From the NCBI RefSeq assembly GCF_006345805.1, contig NC_043008.1:42594001-42658000 (forward strand): a stretch of 64,000 bases of DNA. The letters run 5' to 3'. This DNA comes from Octopus sinensis (lineage: Eukaryota). Position numbers and translations under genes: made by a program. This document shows, piece by piece, positions 25,933 to 39,666 of the stretch (position 1 is the stretch's first letter; each line of letters starts with the position of its first letter). A model generated the notes under the pieces. That model searched no databases. It saw only the letters and a list, made by a program, of their open reading frames with translations, and was not told the DNA's origin.

Positions 25933-26409
25933 TATGCGCATACACACATACACGCCGCGCGCACATATATACACAGATATGCATGTATGTGTACGTACCT
26001 AAGCAAAGGCATAGATGGGGCAAAGTGAGAGGATGGAAGAGTTAATTAATTATTTTTATGTGAAACATTGTCTTATTAAAATATTTCAGATAATTTTCCC
26101 ATATGTCGTATATTTCTATCACGGCATAATAAAATGCCATTTATTTATTTGCTGAAATCTTCATAGATATATTTAAAGCATTATCTATCATTTCATTCGT
26201 TTGTGTTCTGATATTTTTGTCACGTTATTCCATTCAATAGTTTAGCACATATAATTTTTTTACTGCTCTTCGGGTTTTACTAAATTTATATTTAACATAC
26301 ATGTTCAACTTGAAACGGAACTTAATGTATAAAAAGGTATTAGTCTGACAGCAGGTAATGAATCTGATATGACACGACAATAATAATGACAATAATGTTA
26401 ATAAAAATG

Positions 26410-26461
<52 letters not shown>

Positions 26462-26521
26462 AATTGTCGATTTCAAATAGAGTTCTATAAATGTAACCTT
26501 CACTGATGTGTGATTGTGTGT

Positions 26522-26590
<69 letters not shown>

Positions 26591-26755
26591 AGAACAGTAG
26601 ATAAGGAAAAACAATTGGCATAATATATTCACCACCGTTACATGTGTTTCATTTGGTACTAGGCGTTGCATAATTATACTTGTAGGAAAGACACGTAGGA
26701 TATCTTCAGTTACAAATTCCTCAGACAGAGAATAGAATAACCAATCTTCTCTTAC

Positions 26756-26881
26756 GTATTCAATATGATTCTCCTGATTATAGAAGAGAGAATACCAGTT
26801 ATTTAGAAGACCACCCGGTTTTAGTGTTCCTGCGGATCTCTCCGTGGTCGAGTCGTGCGACCATATCATAACAACGAACAT
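26756..26881 (-). CDS. Candidate coding exon (126 nt, or 18-nt microexon 26756-26773), unknown product
   Basis: Donor TAC|gtaaga; acceptor gtcag|ATG or ttctctcttctataatcag|GAG; phase 0 translation MFVVMIWSHDSTTERSAGTLKPGGLLNNWYSLFYNQENHIEY. Confidence 0.25.
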
Positions 26882-26924
26882 CTGACCACATTACTATATT
26901 AGATAGTAATATAGTTGCTTTTAT

Positions 26925-27100
26925 ATGAGGTGGGCGAAATTGTAACGACGCCGGGCAGGAATCTTAGCAACATTTCGTTCGCATTTACGTTTACCAAAGT
27001 CGGCTTTACCTTTTTCATCTTTTCGGGATCGATAAAATAAGTACCAGTTGAGCACTGGGTTCCATAGAATCAATTTGCACCCCCCTCTCCCAAAATTGCT
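26925..27100 (+). mobile_element. SINE family A (internally deleted)
   Basis: cgacgccgggcaggaatcttagc...catcttttcgggatcgataaaataagtaccagttgagcactggg. Confidence 0.7.
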
Positions 27101-29481
27101 GACTTTTTCAATTTTTGAATACAAGATATTTGTTTCTAGATGACTCTCTATATGGATTAGGTGCCATTATATCTGCCTAACAAACACTTGAACACGTTGT
27201 GTAGTTTCTGTGAAAGCAGCTACGATATATTTCATCTCATTTACGCTGTGAATACATTTTTAAGTATGTAGCTATGAACGCTGCAACCCTTCCGCTTCCA
27301 CCCTTGGCTTTTACATTCTCTGTGTGTAGAACAAATACTACAGTTCATATTTTCTATGACGACCAATCAACCGTTCTTTATTAGCGTCTCCTTCAAATAC
27401 AATCCAATTCAAAAACGATGTCAATAGACATTAATTTGACGTCTACTTACACTCGGCCTTTATAATAGAATTATAATAGAATTTTAATAAGACAATTATA
27501 TAGAATTCACTTACAATAAATTCCACAAAGTTAATCTTTTCGTTATTTTGCTTTTGTCTCCTTCAGCACATCCCGTCGTATCTTATTTCTGCCTTTCACG
27601 CTTACTTAATGCATTCTAGTTCGCCGCTATTCTACATTGCGATATTCAATCTCTTCAATTTGACAACAAAACGAAGTAATTAATTTTTCTAGTGATGACA
27701 CGACATTTACTTGTTTTATAATTGCTTTTATCCGAAATTTAGCGATTTATTTTTAAACACTTGTTCAGTTCCAAATTGGAGTGTTACCTATTCATTTTAA
27801 ACGATTCGCTTATTCAATTCAGACAGCCAGTAACTCACCTGAATATAAGATGTAATTTTCAAAACTTACAATGCATTGTAAGGGAAGAACCTAATCGTGC
27901 TCGGCTTTAGCATCACTGACCATTGAGAGAGGAGATTTATATAGAAAATGAATATATTATATATGTAATTAGGAAGGGTGAAGCTAAGTTGAATCGAAAC
28001 TTAAAACCTAATTGGTTCATCTAATTTTTTTAACAATAAAAAGTTTTATAAGAATTTTTTATTATAGGAATAATAGTAATTTTTTGTGTAGTGGTGTTGT
28101 TGGTGTCGTTGTTTTTGCTGGTGATGGCGGTGGTCCTGGTGGTAACGGTTCAACTCTTAGTCAGAAAAACTATCCTAAAGTCCAGTCCATTTGTGACCAT
28201 TGCACCTTTTCTTTCTGCGGTAATTCAAGGACCGCGTTATCACATGAATTATTCATTTTCTGAAAGAGAAAATTATCGTTGGAGAGAAATTTGACAGATA
28301 TTTTTAGCTAGTCGAGTAACGTCCGAGAAGCTCCCTTGCCTGGATGGCATTGGATGCCAAAGATGTTGCTTTTCTATAAGGCATTCCAACTATGACCATC
28401 TCGTTTCTTCAGGAGTATGAAAGGATATACATTATCCAATGTATGCTTTATTTATTTTTCTCAGAACTGTAGAGTGCGATCTGAGTGTGATCTTTTTTCT
28501 TTTTTCCAGCAGAGTGATCGGCCACATGCGGGTTTCCTTGCCTTCACATTACTCAGATCGTATGACAGAATGGTTAACCAAAATCTAAAAGTAAATATGG
28601 ACGTTAAGGGTATATTTATGAAAATGTTTGGGACAAGCATAGGGTTAATCGCTTCCTGAAAGAGGAAGGGTTAATGTCGACTTCGACAGAAGGGTTTTCC
28701 ATTAAAATACGAAACGTTAAGTGCTTTTTCACCTTCTACAAAGGTTTTCTTATAGCTGATGCCTGACTATAGGTCCTTTTAATGCATTATCACATTCGAC
28801 ACAATAGAACACAAATATAACACACTTTGCATTTTCTTTTTCTACAAAGAAACGTGAATACAAATTAGTCGCAACTATTTCAGGTTTACTCGCAGGTAGA
28901 AAGAAACCTTTACAACCTGCAAGAAAATAGGTAACAAAAAAATGCATAAAGAGAAACTGCAAACACTGTGTGTGTTTCCTCTGGCTTCCGCATGTATAGA
29001 ATTACTTAATAATAATAAAAATCTAAAAGATATTCAAAAGAGGGGGAAATATGTTCTACGGGGAATTGTTTAGTTTCTATGAATAGAAGTCTGGACAAAC
29101 AAGTAAAATATGTAAATATATTCCAGCGTTAAAACCCATCTAAAGTATTTTCTATTTTAAGAACGGAAATAATGAAATGCAATGGCACACAAATTAAATA
29201 ACTTCTCCCTCTCTCTTTCTCTTTCTCTCTCATTCACCCCTGTCTCACTTTCTGCCCTGACAACAATATATGATATTCACTTAGTATCCAGTAATGGTAG
29301 AATTTTATAAAATGGAGACATTGTGGCCTCATTCGACGTAAGTTACGGCGAGTTCTTAATTTAACGAAAGTTATCAGTGAAAGCAGTCTATGAACAGGTC
29401 ACTAAACTATCACCTGATACAATCAATTTTCTCTCTCTTTCTCTCTCTCTCTCTCTCCTCCGACTCGCGCACGTATATAGG

Positions 29482-29514
<33 letters not shown>

Positions 29515-29546
29515 TATATATAAATATATATATATGCATATATATA

Positions 29547-29597
<51 letters not shown>

Positions 29598-29677
29598 ATG
29601 AGAGCGTTATTAAAATACCGATCATATCAAGTGGCCAGCATGGGAATAAAATCCTCATAGGTAATAATAATTATTAA

Positions 29678-29760
29678 AATTATAATTAAGGGTTTCTAAA
29701 AGATACCACCATGCTAGATATAGCAGCCAAAACTGGACTCTAAAACCCTTAATTATAATT
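29678..29760. repeat. (TA)n-anchored hairpin element
   Basis: Perfect 18-bp inverted repeat aattataattaagggttt / aaacccttaattataatt around a 47-nt loop. Confidence 0.75.
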
Positions 29761-29785
29761 ATATATATATATATATATATATATA

Positions 29786-29930
29786 GTTCAAGTTTACAGA
29801 AAAACAAATGAGAAAGACAGGTGTAGAAACAACAAGCAAGTGTAATAGTTTGACGCTCGGGAAAACTGGAAAAGTCTTTAACGTTTCGAACCTACGCTGT
29901 TCGATAGAAAGGAATAAGAGGAAATCGATA
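29786..29930 (-). ncRNA. Family H1 copy with decayed hammerhead-like motif
   Basis: Minus strand cctttCUAUCGA ACAGC-GUAG-GUUC GAAAC GUU AAAG; flanking sequence shared with the 23.9 kb copy. Confidence 0.45.
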
Positions 29931-29946
29931 GAGATGTGTGTGTGTG

Positions 29947-29985
<39 letters not shown>

Positions 29986-29987
<2 letters not shown>

Positions 29988-31136
29988 ACGATGGCAGTGG
30001 ACAAATGAAAGAGAGTGGCAATCAATACATTCAGTAGGGTTTCCATATAATTTTAAAAAACAGCCTGGATCTTTCTCCTGTATCACGGTGAGTGTTCCAG
30101 TTGATCCGATCAACGAAGCAGTCTCCTCGTGAAATTACCGGGCAAGAACACAATTCACCGGTTATCAAATTGATGATGTCACAATCGTGGAACGCACAGC
30201 CTACCCACAGATCGTTACATATATTAACTATTAACGGTACAATTCGACTCTATTCAGCTTGAAGCTTTCCTTGGCTCGTTCATTGAATCTCACATGTCAC
30301 GACCGTTTTCTTGTCAAGATACATAAACTGAGGGTTTAACTTTTAAGCCGAAGGGTTAATAAACACTTACAAGTAGGGTGTATGTCAACATTATTAGGGT
30401 GCATATTTATTAACATTAACGAGGAAATGATTCACAGTAACTGGAAAGCAGAAAGTTGTAGTTTGCTCAACTTCTTCTGGTGTAGGCGTTCGAAATCATT
30501 GTCTACATTTTCCTCGCAAAGTTTAACATGTATGTGTGTGTGTGTGTGGTGTGTGTGTGTGTGTGTGTGTTGTGTGTGTGTGTGTGGTGTGTACACGATG
30601 GCAGTGGACAAATGAAAGAGAGTGGCAATCAATACATTCAGTAGGGTTTCCATATAATTTTAAAAAACAGCCTGGATCTTTCTCCTGTATCACGGTGAGT
30701 GTTCCAGTTGATCCGATCAACGAAGCAGTCTCCTCGTGAAATTACCGGGCAAGAACACAATTCACCGGTTATCAAATTGATGATGTCACAATCGTGGAAC
30801 GCACAGCCTACCCACAGATCGTTACATATATTAACTATTAACGGTACAATTCGACTCTATTCAGCTTGAAGCTTTCCTTGGCTCGTTCATTGAATCTCAC
30901 ATGCCACGACCGTTTTCTGTCAAGATACATAAACTGAGGGTTTAACTTTTAAGCCGAAGGGTTAATAAACACTTACAAGTAGGGTGTATGTCAACATTAT
31001 TAGGGTGCATATTTATTAACATTAACGAGGAAATGATTCACAGTAACTGGAAAGCAGAAAGTTGTAGTTTGCTCAACTTCTTCTGGTGTAGGCGTTCGAA
31101 ATCATTGTCTACATTTTCCTCGCAAAGTTTAACATG
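29986..31136. repeat. Tandem duplication of a ~545-bp unit (29986-30530 and 30593-31136) separated and bounded by (TG)n
   Basis: Two differences seen (tgtcacg vs tgccacg; ttttcttg vs ttttctg); the ORF track shows the duplicated peptides. Confidence 0.9.
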
Positions 31137-31195
31137 TATGTGTGTGTGTGGTGTGTGTGTGTGTGTGTGTGTGTGGTGTATGTGTGTGTGTGTGT

Positions 31196-31580
31196 GGAAG
31201 TGGCTGTGCGGTAAGAAGCCTACTTCCCAACCAAATGGTTGTCCACTGCATAGCTCCTTGGGCAAGTGTCTTCTGCTATAGCCTCGGGCCGACCAAAACC
31301 TTGTGAGTGGATCTGGTAGACAGAAACTGGTAGAAGCCTGTCGTATAAATAAATAAATAAATATATATGTGTGTGCGTGTGCGTGTGCGCGTGTGTGTGT
31401 ATGTCTGTATTTGTATGTCTGTGTTTATCATCCTACCATCGCTTGACAACCGATGTTGATGTGTTTACGCCTTTGTAAGCTAGCGGTTCGCTAGAACAGA
31501 CTGATAGAAATAAGTCCAGGGATCGATTTGTTCGACTGAAGTCGGTGCCACAGCATGGCCACATAAAAGAATAAAAGAAT
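31196..31580 (+). mobile_element. SINE family C, near full length with internal microsatellite
   Basis: gtggctgtgcggtaagaagcc...ccttgggcaagtgtcttctgctatagcctcgggccgacc...(TA/TG)n...cgcttgacaaccgatg...cagcatggcc. Confidence 0.85.
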
Positions 31581-31914
31581 ATGTATATATGCATACGCAC
31601 ATATATGTGTGTTTGTGTGTATGGGTGTATGTATCTCTGTGAATGTGAGTGTGCGTGAGTGTGCGTGAGTGTGCGTGAGTGTGCGTGAGTGTGTGTGTAC
31701 GTCTTCATTTATGAATAAAAATACCCGGCATGCCCTGGGTGCATGGTGGACAGTAAAACGTCACTGAATTACCCTATTTCTCTCGGAGAACATTTAAGAA
31801 AATCCATAAAATTGACTTATATACACAAAGATAAACATACATAGACAAGTATATGTGTGTGTTGTCTGTGAGTGCCTGTGTGTGAAAATATGCATGTATA
31901 CACAGGCACATTAA

Positions 31915-31951
<37 letters not shown>

Positions 31952-31977
31952 ATACATACATACATACACACACACAC

Positions 31978-32039
<62 letters not shown>

Positions 32040-32202
32040 CCGGAGTAAACACATAAATGTGAAACAAGGTGGAAAAAAGAGTACTCAAATACTAGTGGTA
32101 GAGTAATATGCTTTATTTAAAGCAGCAAAAACTGTCCGACGAACGGCAACGGGAAACTCAGAGTAACAGGTTTTGTTGAATTTTTTGCTGCTTTAAATAA
32201 AG
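32040..32202 (+). ncRNA. (TA)n-flanked hairpin element with hammerhead-like motif in the loop (32132-32170)
   Basis: 21-bp inverted repeat 32111-32131 / 32182-32202; loop CUGU|CCGACGA|ACGGCAACGG|GAAAC|UCAGA|GUA|ACAG (U4 to C, weak stem II). Confidence 0.55.
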
Positions 32203-33399
32203 TATATATATATATATATACATACATACCTTAGCGTCTATAAAATTAAATGATAGATGATTGGGTTGTTCCTATACACGTAGTTAAACACACATAAACA
32301 TAACGGAAACAAGTTTTTTTTTAAATTATTATAGAAGTTAATATTTTTTACATAGTTGCGTTTACATACCAATACATACAGCGTGCCACCGACAAACACT
32401 CTCACACACAGACAAACACACACATACACATACATCCCTACACGCATTCATTACTGGTATTCCATGCACTTAAATTGTCTCGAAACCTTTAGCTCCACCA
32501 TTGCAGGCAACTACACGCGCATGACGTAACACAACTGCTCATACGTTCGTCCGTTATAACACTTAACGGAAGCAGTTTAATTTCTATCTCCGGTTCAACT
32601 CTAATGTATTCTCGAACTGACTTCATATCACAGGGGATCAATGATGTTTCGTCAAACACTCTACAATAAACTTCTAAGGCAGCCGATATTCCGACAGTTT
32701 AACATCAAAGAATTTTCATTTATTGAATTAAATACGGCGTTTAATGCATTACATTAGCATTTTGTTGTATTAAATTGGAATTTATTTATTTCTTTTATTC
32801 AATGATGAGTATTTCTCTGGGACGTGCTGCAAATTTTATCTCCCCAAACAGCACGCCGCTAATACGGACGCAGTGTGTATAAGTACATATATGTGGGTAT
32901 GTGAGTCTACATACGTATACACGTCCACACACACACACACATATATATATATAGGAGTGAGTGTGTGTCTAAGACAGTGTGCATGCAGACTTCGATACCT
33001 TCCTATTTGGGTTTGAGAAAAAAAAACGGTAGCTCTATAAGAGGAAGTAACTTAGACAAATTACTTAGCGCTTCGCTAAATCGATAAAATGAATAGAAGA
33101 CTAAGTTCCCTAGATGATGTAATTCACTAAACATTTCGCAGAATGTTGCAGGAATAAGAATAAAAGAATACACGAACACGCACACATATTGATACGTATA
33201 CCGTACACACAAAACTGTACATATAAAAATATCATATCTGTTGTTTTCTCTATTTTGTATTAAAATACGATTTACTTGCTAAATTATAGACTATAATGCA
33301 TTTCTTAGTATTTTCGAATGAATAAGAAAATACTACAGTTCGGGTTAACTAATATATGAACTACTATATATGATATCGGCAAATATGTTGTGTGAATTT

Positions 33400-33650
33400 A
33401 GTTCAACAGCGGCTGATGAGGTGAACACTTATCTAAATATGCAGAAGGATTTCCAGTAACTTGCAGTAAATATTTTACAGTAATATAAGATGGTATACCT
33501 GATGTACATTCTTTGCATTGGATTGAATCCTTCCGGCATAATATCATAATACTGAGATGTTGAGTCGTTGAGCATTTTCCGTGATTATATATGCAACATA
33601 TATACAGTGAAATTGCACCTGATAAGATTATGTGGTCCTCCCTATTATAT
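33400..33650 (-). mobile_element. Possible decayed CR1/Jockey-group LINE fragment
   Basis: GAISLYICCIYNHGKCS resembles the ASLSLFYRYFHGKCS motif. Confidence 0.3.
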
Positions 33651-34614
33651 AAATGTGAGTGTATGACTAAATGCGTGTATGTGTGTGCACATATCCGTGT
33701 ATACGTATGCATGTATGTATGTATGTATGTATGTATGTAGTATGTATGTATGTATGTATGTATGTATGTATGTATATTTGCATGCTCTAAGCAACCGAGT
33801 ACTCATTTCGTGATGTTCAGAATTCGTCATATAACTTCGAACATTTTCACTGACAGCTTGAAAAAAAGACATAAAGATTTAGAATTTTACGAAGAATCTC
33901 TGCGTGGAATTCAGAATCGCCTGCTACCATTGCGTTGTTGAATTCTATGTCTTACAAAATGAACTGAGAGTAGATATTTCAACACCAACATTAACAAGTG
34001 TTGAAGTTATGCGAGAAATAAAGCAACAACTACACCAACAACATCAACATCAATAAAATATTGTAATAAAAACGTCAGAAACAAGAAGGAAACATAATGA
34101 AATTGTGCAACATCATTTAAGAAATATTCGCTCTCGTCTCGTCTAAAATATTCGTGCTTTGTTGAATTCGCCTCGGGAGTTATGTATTTTAATGAATATT
34201 TCTAGTTTTGAAGGCTACAATAAAATAAATGCCGTCATCAATTTGAACAGAACACGAAGAATGATCAAAACACTATCAATCACAAATTTTTTTCTCTAGA
34301 TTCCATCTTGAATAAATTTAAATGGAACAACTTTCAACAACATAGAATTCTTGTGTCAGTTTTCTGCACCCGATTTCTCAAGAGTTTTGCTTTCTTTTTC
34401 CATTATCATCCCTGTGTGTGTGTGTGTGTGTGGTGGGTGTTGAGTAGGGGTGAAACTGTTCAAACACATTTTATCCCCGAGATGTCATAAACATTAACTC
34501 GAAACGGGAAGTCATCGGAGGAGAGAAAAAGAAATGTAAATTTAAACAACTCAAATAATTCATTGGTCGACAAAGTGCAGCATCAGAGAAGAACTGAGGC
34601 CGATCTAATGTATA

Positions 34615-34820
34615 TTGGGTTCATACTTTAGCACAAGGCAAGCAATTTCGATGGAGTAGGGAATGTCGGTTACATAACCCTAGTGCTCAACTTACTTTAT
34701 CAATATGTATAGAATGAAAGGCAAAACTGACCTCGGTGGAATTTGAACTCAGAACGTAAGGACGGACGAAATGACACAATTTTGCCCAGCGCCGTAAATT
34801 CAGCCAATTCGCTGCCAGCC
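34615..34820 (-). mobile_element. SINE family A
   Basis: atgaaaggcaaaactgacctcggtggaatttgaactcagaacgtaaggacggacgaaat. Confidence 0.75.
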
Positions 34821-36253
34821 ATGTAATAAATATTAAAAACAATTATATAATTATTATTCAAAATAAATTTTAAAACAGAGGAATTTCCACTTCGTATACG
34901 TGAAGTAATTAGATGTGGTGCCTTAAGAGATTAAATGATTTGAAGCCCCATAAGCTACGAGGAATTGAATTGAATTCTTATTTATGACAGGCTGACTGAG
35001 GCTTTTGAGAACTTTTTAGCATTAGACATAGGATCGGGGCGAGTAATTAGACACAACCAATTCTTACCTTGAGAGAAAGCAAAGTCAAACAAAAGAAAAA
35101 TTATAACATTAATCAATGTTGCAGCTAAAAATATATGTGAATACAAATAGCTTGATCTAAGAATTGAAAGCTCGTTAAGAAGTCGATTGGTTAACAGAAA
35201 AGATGTCTCGTTTTACCAACCTATGCGCAATATTATAGAAACTCTTAAAATCTTACGTCAACGTAAGGCCTATAATTTTCAGGGAAATTTCTAATCTGGT
35301 TGTTTTATGTGTTTTTCAAACGAACAAATGACGTGAACAAAGTCGAGTACAAACCAACATTTAAATTCTGCCATTAAAATAATATTCCGGACACGGCTGG
35401 AAAATTTTAGAATTTTGATTAATCGTCGTTGTTTAGAAGATAATTCTGTTTTATTGTTCTTATTTCTTTATGACTTTTTCACGTTAGGAGAAGCATGACA
35501 TCACAGCGTTTACAATTCCTGTCGGAGTGGTGAGGTAGTACCTCGTAAAACAGAGGCGTAGTTCAGCTGCTTGCAAAACACTAAAGGACCAGATGGAGGG
35601 AGTTAAAAAGAGGGCGAGTTAGGCCCCCTCCGTATAGAATAAACAGGGCAGTTATAATTATAATTCACAGTTTGAGACATGTTTATGTAAATATCATTTT
35701 GTTCCCATAGACATTATAGATACACGTGAAGTGTTCACGAAAAATATGTGTATATTTGCTGCTAAATGTCAGTGAATAAAAGCAAGGATTTGTTTGAAGA
35801 AAATATTAAGCGTAAAAAGGTTTAATATTCATTCTTTCTCCAATTATATGATGTAACTTAAATAATCTGCAGCAACAAGTTATCGAACCAGGGTTGTGTT
35901 CGTGTGAGCAACCTCTACGTTCTACGGATGTAACAGGTGAATATCCAGAATATAAAGAAGCTGGGAAAGGAATTGTTTAATCGCCATCGACGTATACGAT
36001 TATGGAAGCTATAGCGATGAATATATGGACTCTCTTCGTACACGTTCCTGTGAAACTGCAAAAACAAACTTTGTTATCTTGTTTATGTGCTCAAAATTCG
36101 CTAAGAAATTGATGCTATTTTCTTTCCAAAGACACATCTTTCTATACTGCGAAAGAATAACTTCATCAGTTGAAGGTCGTTAGATTTGTTCGGAAGAGGA
36201 TCGATAAAATAGTAGAATGTTACATTATTCTTAAGAGAAGAGAAGTGTGAATG

Positions 36254-36505
36254 TCTCTTTGTCGCACCTTCTACTAAAAGCTGTTACGTCACACCTAGAA
36301 CAAAATGTGTGCAAACGTATCTCTGTTGCACCTTCTACTAATTACTGTTATGTCACGCATAAAGACTTACACCAAAAGACTTACATTTTTCCTGGTAGGT
36401 GTCTCCTCGCACATAAAGCAAGCGATGTAAAGGAATATATTTGCTGCAGATTCCACTGAAAAGCCATTACGTCACACATAGAACAAGATATATACAGATG
36501 CATCT
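36254..36505. repeat. Degenerate ~66-bp minisatellite (3 recognisable units)
   Basis: Units begin at 36254, 36320 and about 36438 (gcaccttctacta...ctgtta(c/t)gtcac.c.taga). Confidence 0.65.
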
Positions 36506-37469
36506 TTTTTCTTACACATTTTACCGTAATATATTCTATCAACTGTGACAAATCAATAACCTAGATGTTGCTTCCTGAAGATAACTTTTCATTGAATCAT
36601 AAAAATAAATGACCGCAGAATTAAGTAATACTCTGTTATACATTGAAACAGAGAATTTCGTCTCTTTTATGAAAAAGTAAGAAAAAAAAACTATTATTTC
36701 CTTCACAACTAAACGAAATAAAGTGTCAGTGAGAATGAGACACAGACAGAGAAAGAGCGGGAAGGAGGGAGGAGAGAAGGAAAGGGGAGAAATAGCAGAA
36801 TTTTTTTTCTTGCTGGAATCTATTCCACTTTTCAAACAATCTACCAATTGGTAATTCTTCAATTCTTCTACAGTTATCCTGGATCAGTTGTATTCTATAT
36901 TTGAAAACGATATTGATTTCAAATAGTTACATACAAAAATAGGCAATTTTCGATGGAAAATCGTGTTGGAGCAGGCGGTGAAGATAGGTAGGGCGGTTCG
37001 CATTCCGTTCATTCTTTATTCATACATAACAAATGTTTAATTGTCTCCGAATTCCTACTGTAAATCAAAAATGGTACTAATATAGCCGGAGGCATGTTTT
37101 GTAAATCTAAAACATCATACACACACGAAACAATAGATAAGACTAAACATGGAAAACAGGTCGATATCATGGAATAAAGTAATGGATTAATATCCAAAAT
37201 AATAGTTTCTTATTTCTGCACCAACGTGTCATTGTGTGTTTCAATTACTAAATTAAAGAGGCGTCATTTGATGATCTGCGGCATCGGAGCAGATGGGCAG
37301 GTGCGTGAAATGGAATTATAAACGGATGCATTGTTCGAATTGTCAACTGTGTTGGGTGGGATATTGTCAGGCGCGTAACAAGCGTGTGTTTGTTTATACA
37401 TAGGTACCTACATGCATACATACATAGATATATACATGCATATAGATACATACATGCGTACATACATGC

Positions 37470-37525
<56 letters not shown>

Positions 37526-37544
37526 CATACATACGGAGAAATGG

Positions 37545-37721
37545 ATAGATAGATAGACAGACAGACAGACAGATACATATATAGATTGATAGATAGATAG
37601 ACAGATAGATAGACAGATAAAGAGATAGATAGACAGATAGAGAGATATACAGACAGATAGCAGACAGACATACAGACAGATAGATAGAGAGAGAGATAGA
37701 TAGACAGGCAGACAGACAGAC

Positions 37722-37784
<63 letters not shown>

Positions 37785-37795
37785 CAGACAGACAT
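37545..37795. repeat. (GATA)n/(GACA)n compound microsatellite
   Basis: Read directly from the sequence. Confidence 0.95.
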
Positions 37796-39280
37796 ATATG
37801 TATGGGTTCATAAGCGAAATTAGACGATGTTATACTTTGTCACAAAAATTTGCACACACAAATATGCAGACACACAGACATACATGGATACATACATACA
37901 TACATACATACATACACCCACACACACAGACACCCACACACATATATATATATACACACACATACAGAGAAGTGGATAGAGAGATAGACATATAGATAGA
38001 TAGATAGATGTGTGTGAGTGTGTTTGTGTGTGTGTAAGAGAAAGCGAGAAAAACAGATACACGCATTATGTGCGCATTCACAGTTGTCCACATGTACATA
38101 TAGACACATTCTTATACACGCATGAACACCTGCGTGTGTGTGTGTGTCTGTGTGCGCACGCATCCCTCCTTCCTGTCATCAACCACAAATGAGGAAGCTA
38201 TAAAGCTATCGCTTATGTTGTCATTACATGTCCAATCACACCCCTGTGTAGGGGTTGGGTAGAGCATGCGTATGTTCCGGCTTGCGGAAAAGCGTTGGTC
38301 GATCTGAAACCAATTTTGCTAAGTAACTGTTCATAAGCTAGGCCACGTACCTGCCTTCTGCTGGGCGCTCTATATTCCACTGCACTAAGTGGACTTGATA
38401 TCGTTCAAACCTCTATATTAGAAGATTTAGCTGTTCCATAGCAGGACTAAATAATTTGTAAAATTCTTTTTCTTTGTGTGAAGCATTGAGAAATTTGAAA
38501 AGAAATCGCTTTTATGAAGCTGCCTAAAAGAAACAGAGCTATAAATTGCAATTTCTACCTCAAGGCGAATAATATTTATCCAATTCAAATAAATTGAAAG
38601 AGATTAATTACAGAACTTTGAATCAAACATCCGCTGCATGCCGAAGGGCTGCGTCATTCCTACACCAAGAAATCCTGAGAATAGCTTTGTTTAGAAAAAC
38701 GAGAAAGTGGATAACTTTGACTTACTTTGCACATACAATACTGTTGTCTATCACTAAGTTTCACTTGTATTTTTCACATCTTACTCTTTACGCCACAAAT
38801 CTCTGAACGTTCACTACGGTGTTTGCTGTCATATCTTCATTCAATTCATTTTTTATTTCTATATCTTATATGAATGTTTGATATTTTTTTAATGTTTTAC
38901 GAGCACGGCTACAGTACTCAAATATATTCCTCATTGTTCCATCAGCTTTTCAAAATTTTGTTTTACTTTGGCTCTTTGCAATAAAAGATGGGTCCGCATG
39001 GTTAAATGTTTCCCGAAGTTCTCTCCTCTGAATATCGTGTAACCAGAACCTATTTATGTCGTTACTTCTCTTTGCTTAATGTAGGAAAATCATTATTTCT
39101 GATATTCGTTTTCCCTTTTGTACTTGCTCATTGTTTAACATATGTGGCTGAATGTGATTGGTCTGATTGGTTTCGTTTTGCCTTCTTGTTTTTCTCAACA
39201 GATATTGGGCGCGGCTTTTTTAATGGTAAATAAGTAACGTATTTACTTCGTAAATCTGATTTGATGTGCTTCCATTCCAT

Positions 39281-39559
39281 GACATGGCGATGTCATATCA
39301 GGATAAATAGCACATGATCTTGCAGAAGAAGCCCCGTTAGAATCTTCTATAAGTTGAGTAGCCCATCCCTCTCAAAAGATCCCTGAATATAATTGTTTAA
39401 TAATGTTGAACGAAACACCCTTGTTTCCAAACATAAATAATTCAAACCCCATCGTCAGAACTGACTATTAAATCTGTAGTATTAAGCAGAATATTTGCTG
39501 TAGCCCATCTTTTATACCAAGACAAGGCAAGACGTTTACTTGATAACACTTCCAATCAG
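39281..39559. mobile_element. Diverged partial copy of the 510-bp unit, inverted relative to the 6.8 kb copies
   Basis: gcagaatatttgctgtagcccatctttt..accaagacaa..gataacacttccaatcag is the reverse complement of 6855-6925. Confidence 0.8.
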
Positions 39560-39567
39560 TATCTCTT

Positions 39568-39579
39568 TTTCTTCTTCTT

Positions 39580-39610
<31 letters not shown>

Positions 39611-39619
39611 TTCTTCTTC

Positions 39620-39666
<47 letters not shown>

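Noticed and set aside
38625-38680. HAEGLRHSY peptide resembling a tyrosine recombinase HxLRH motif
   Set aside because: Short isolated match in a frame full of stops; no other recombinase motifs
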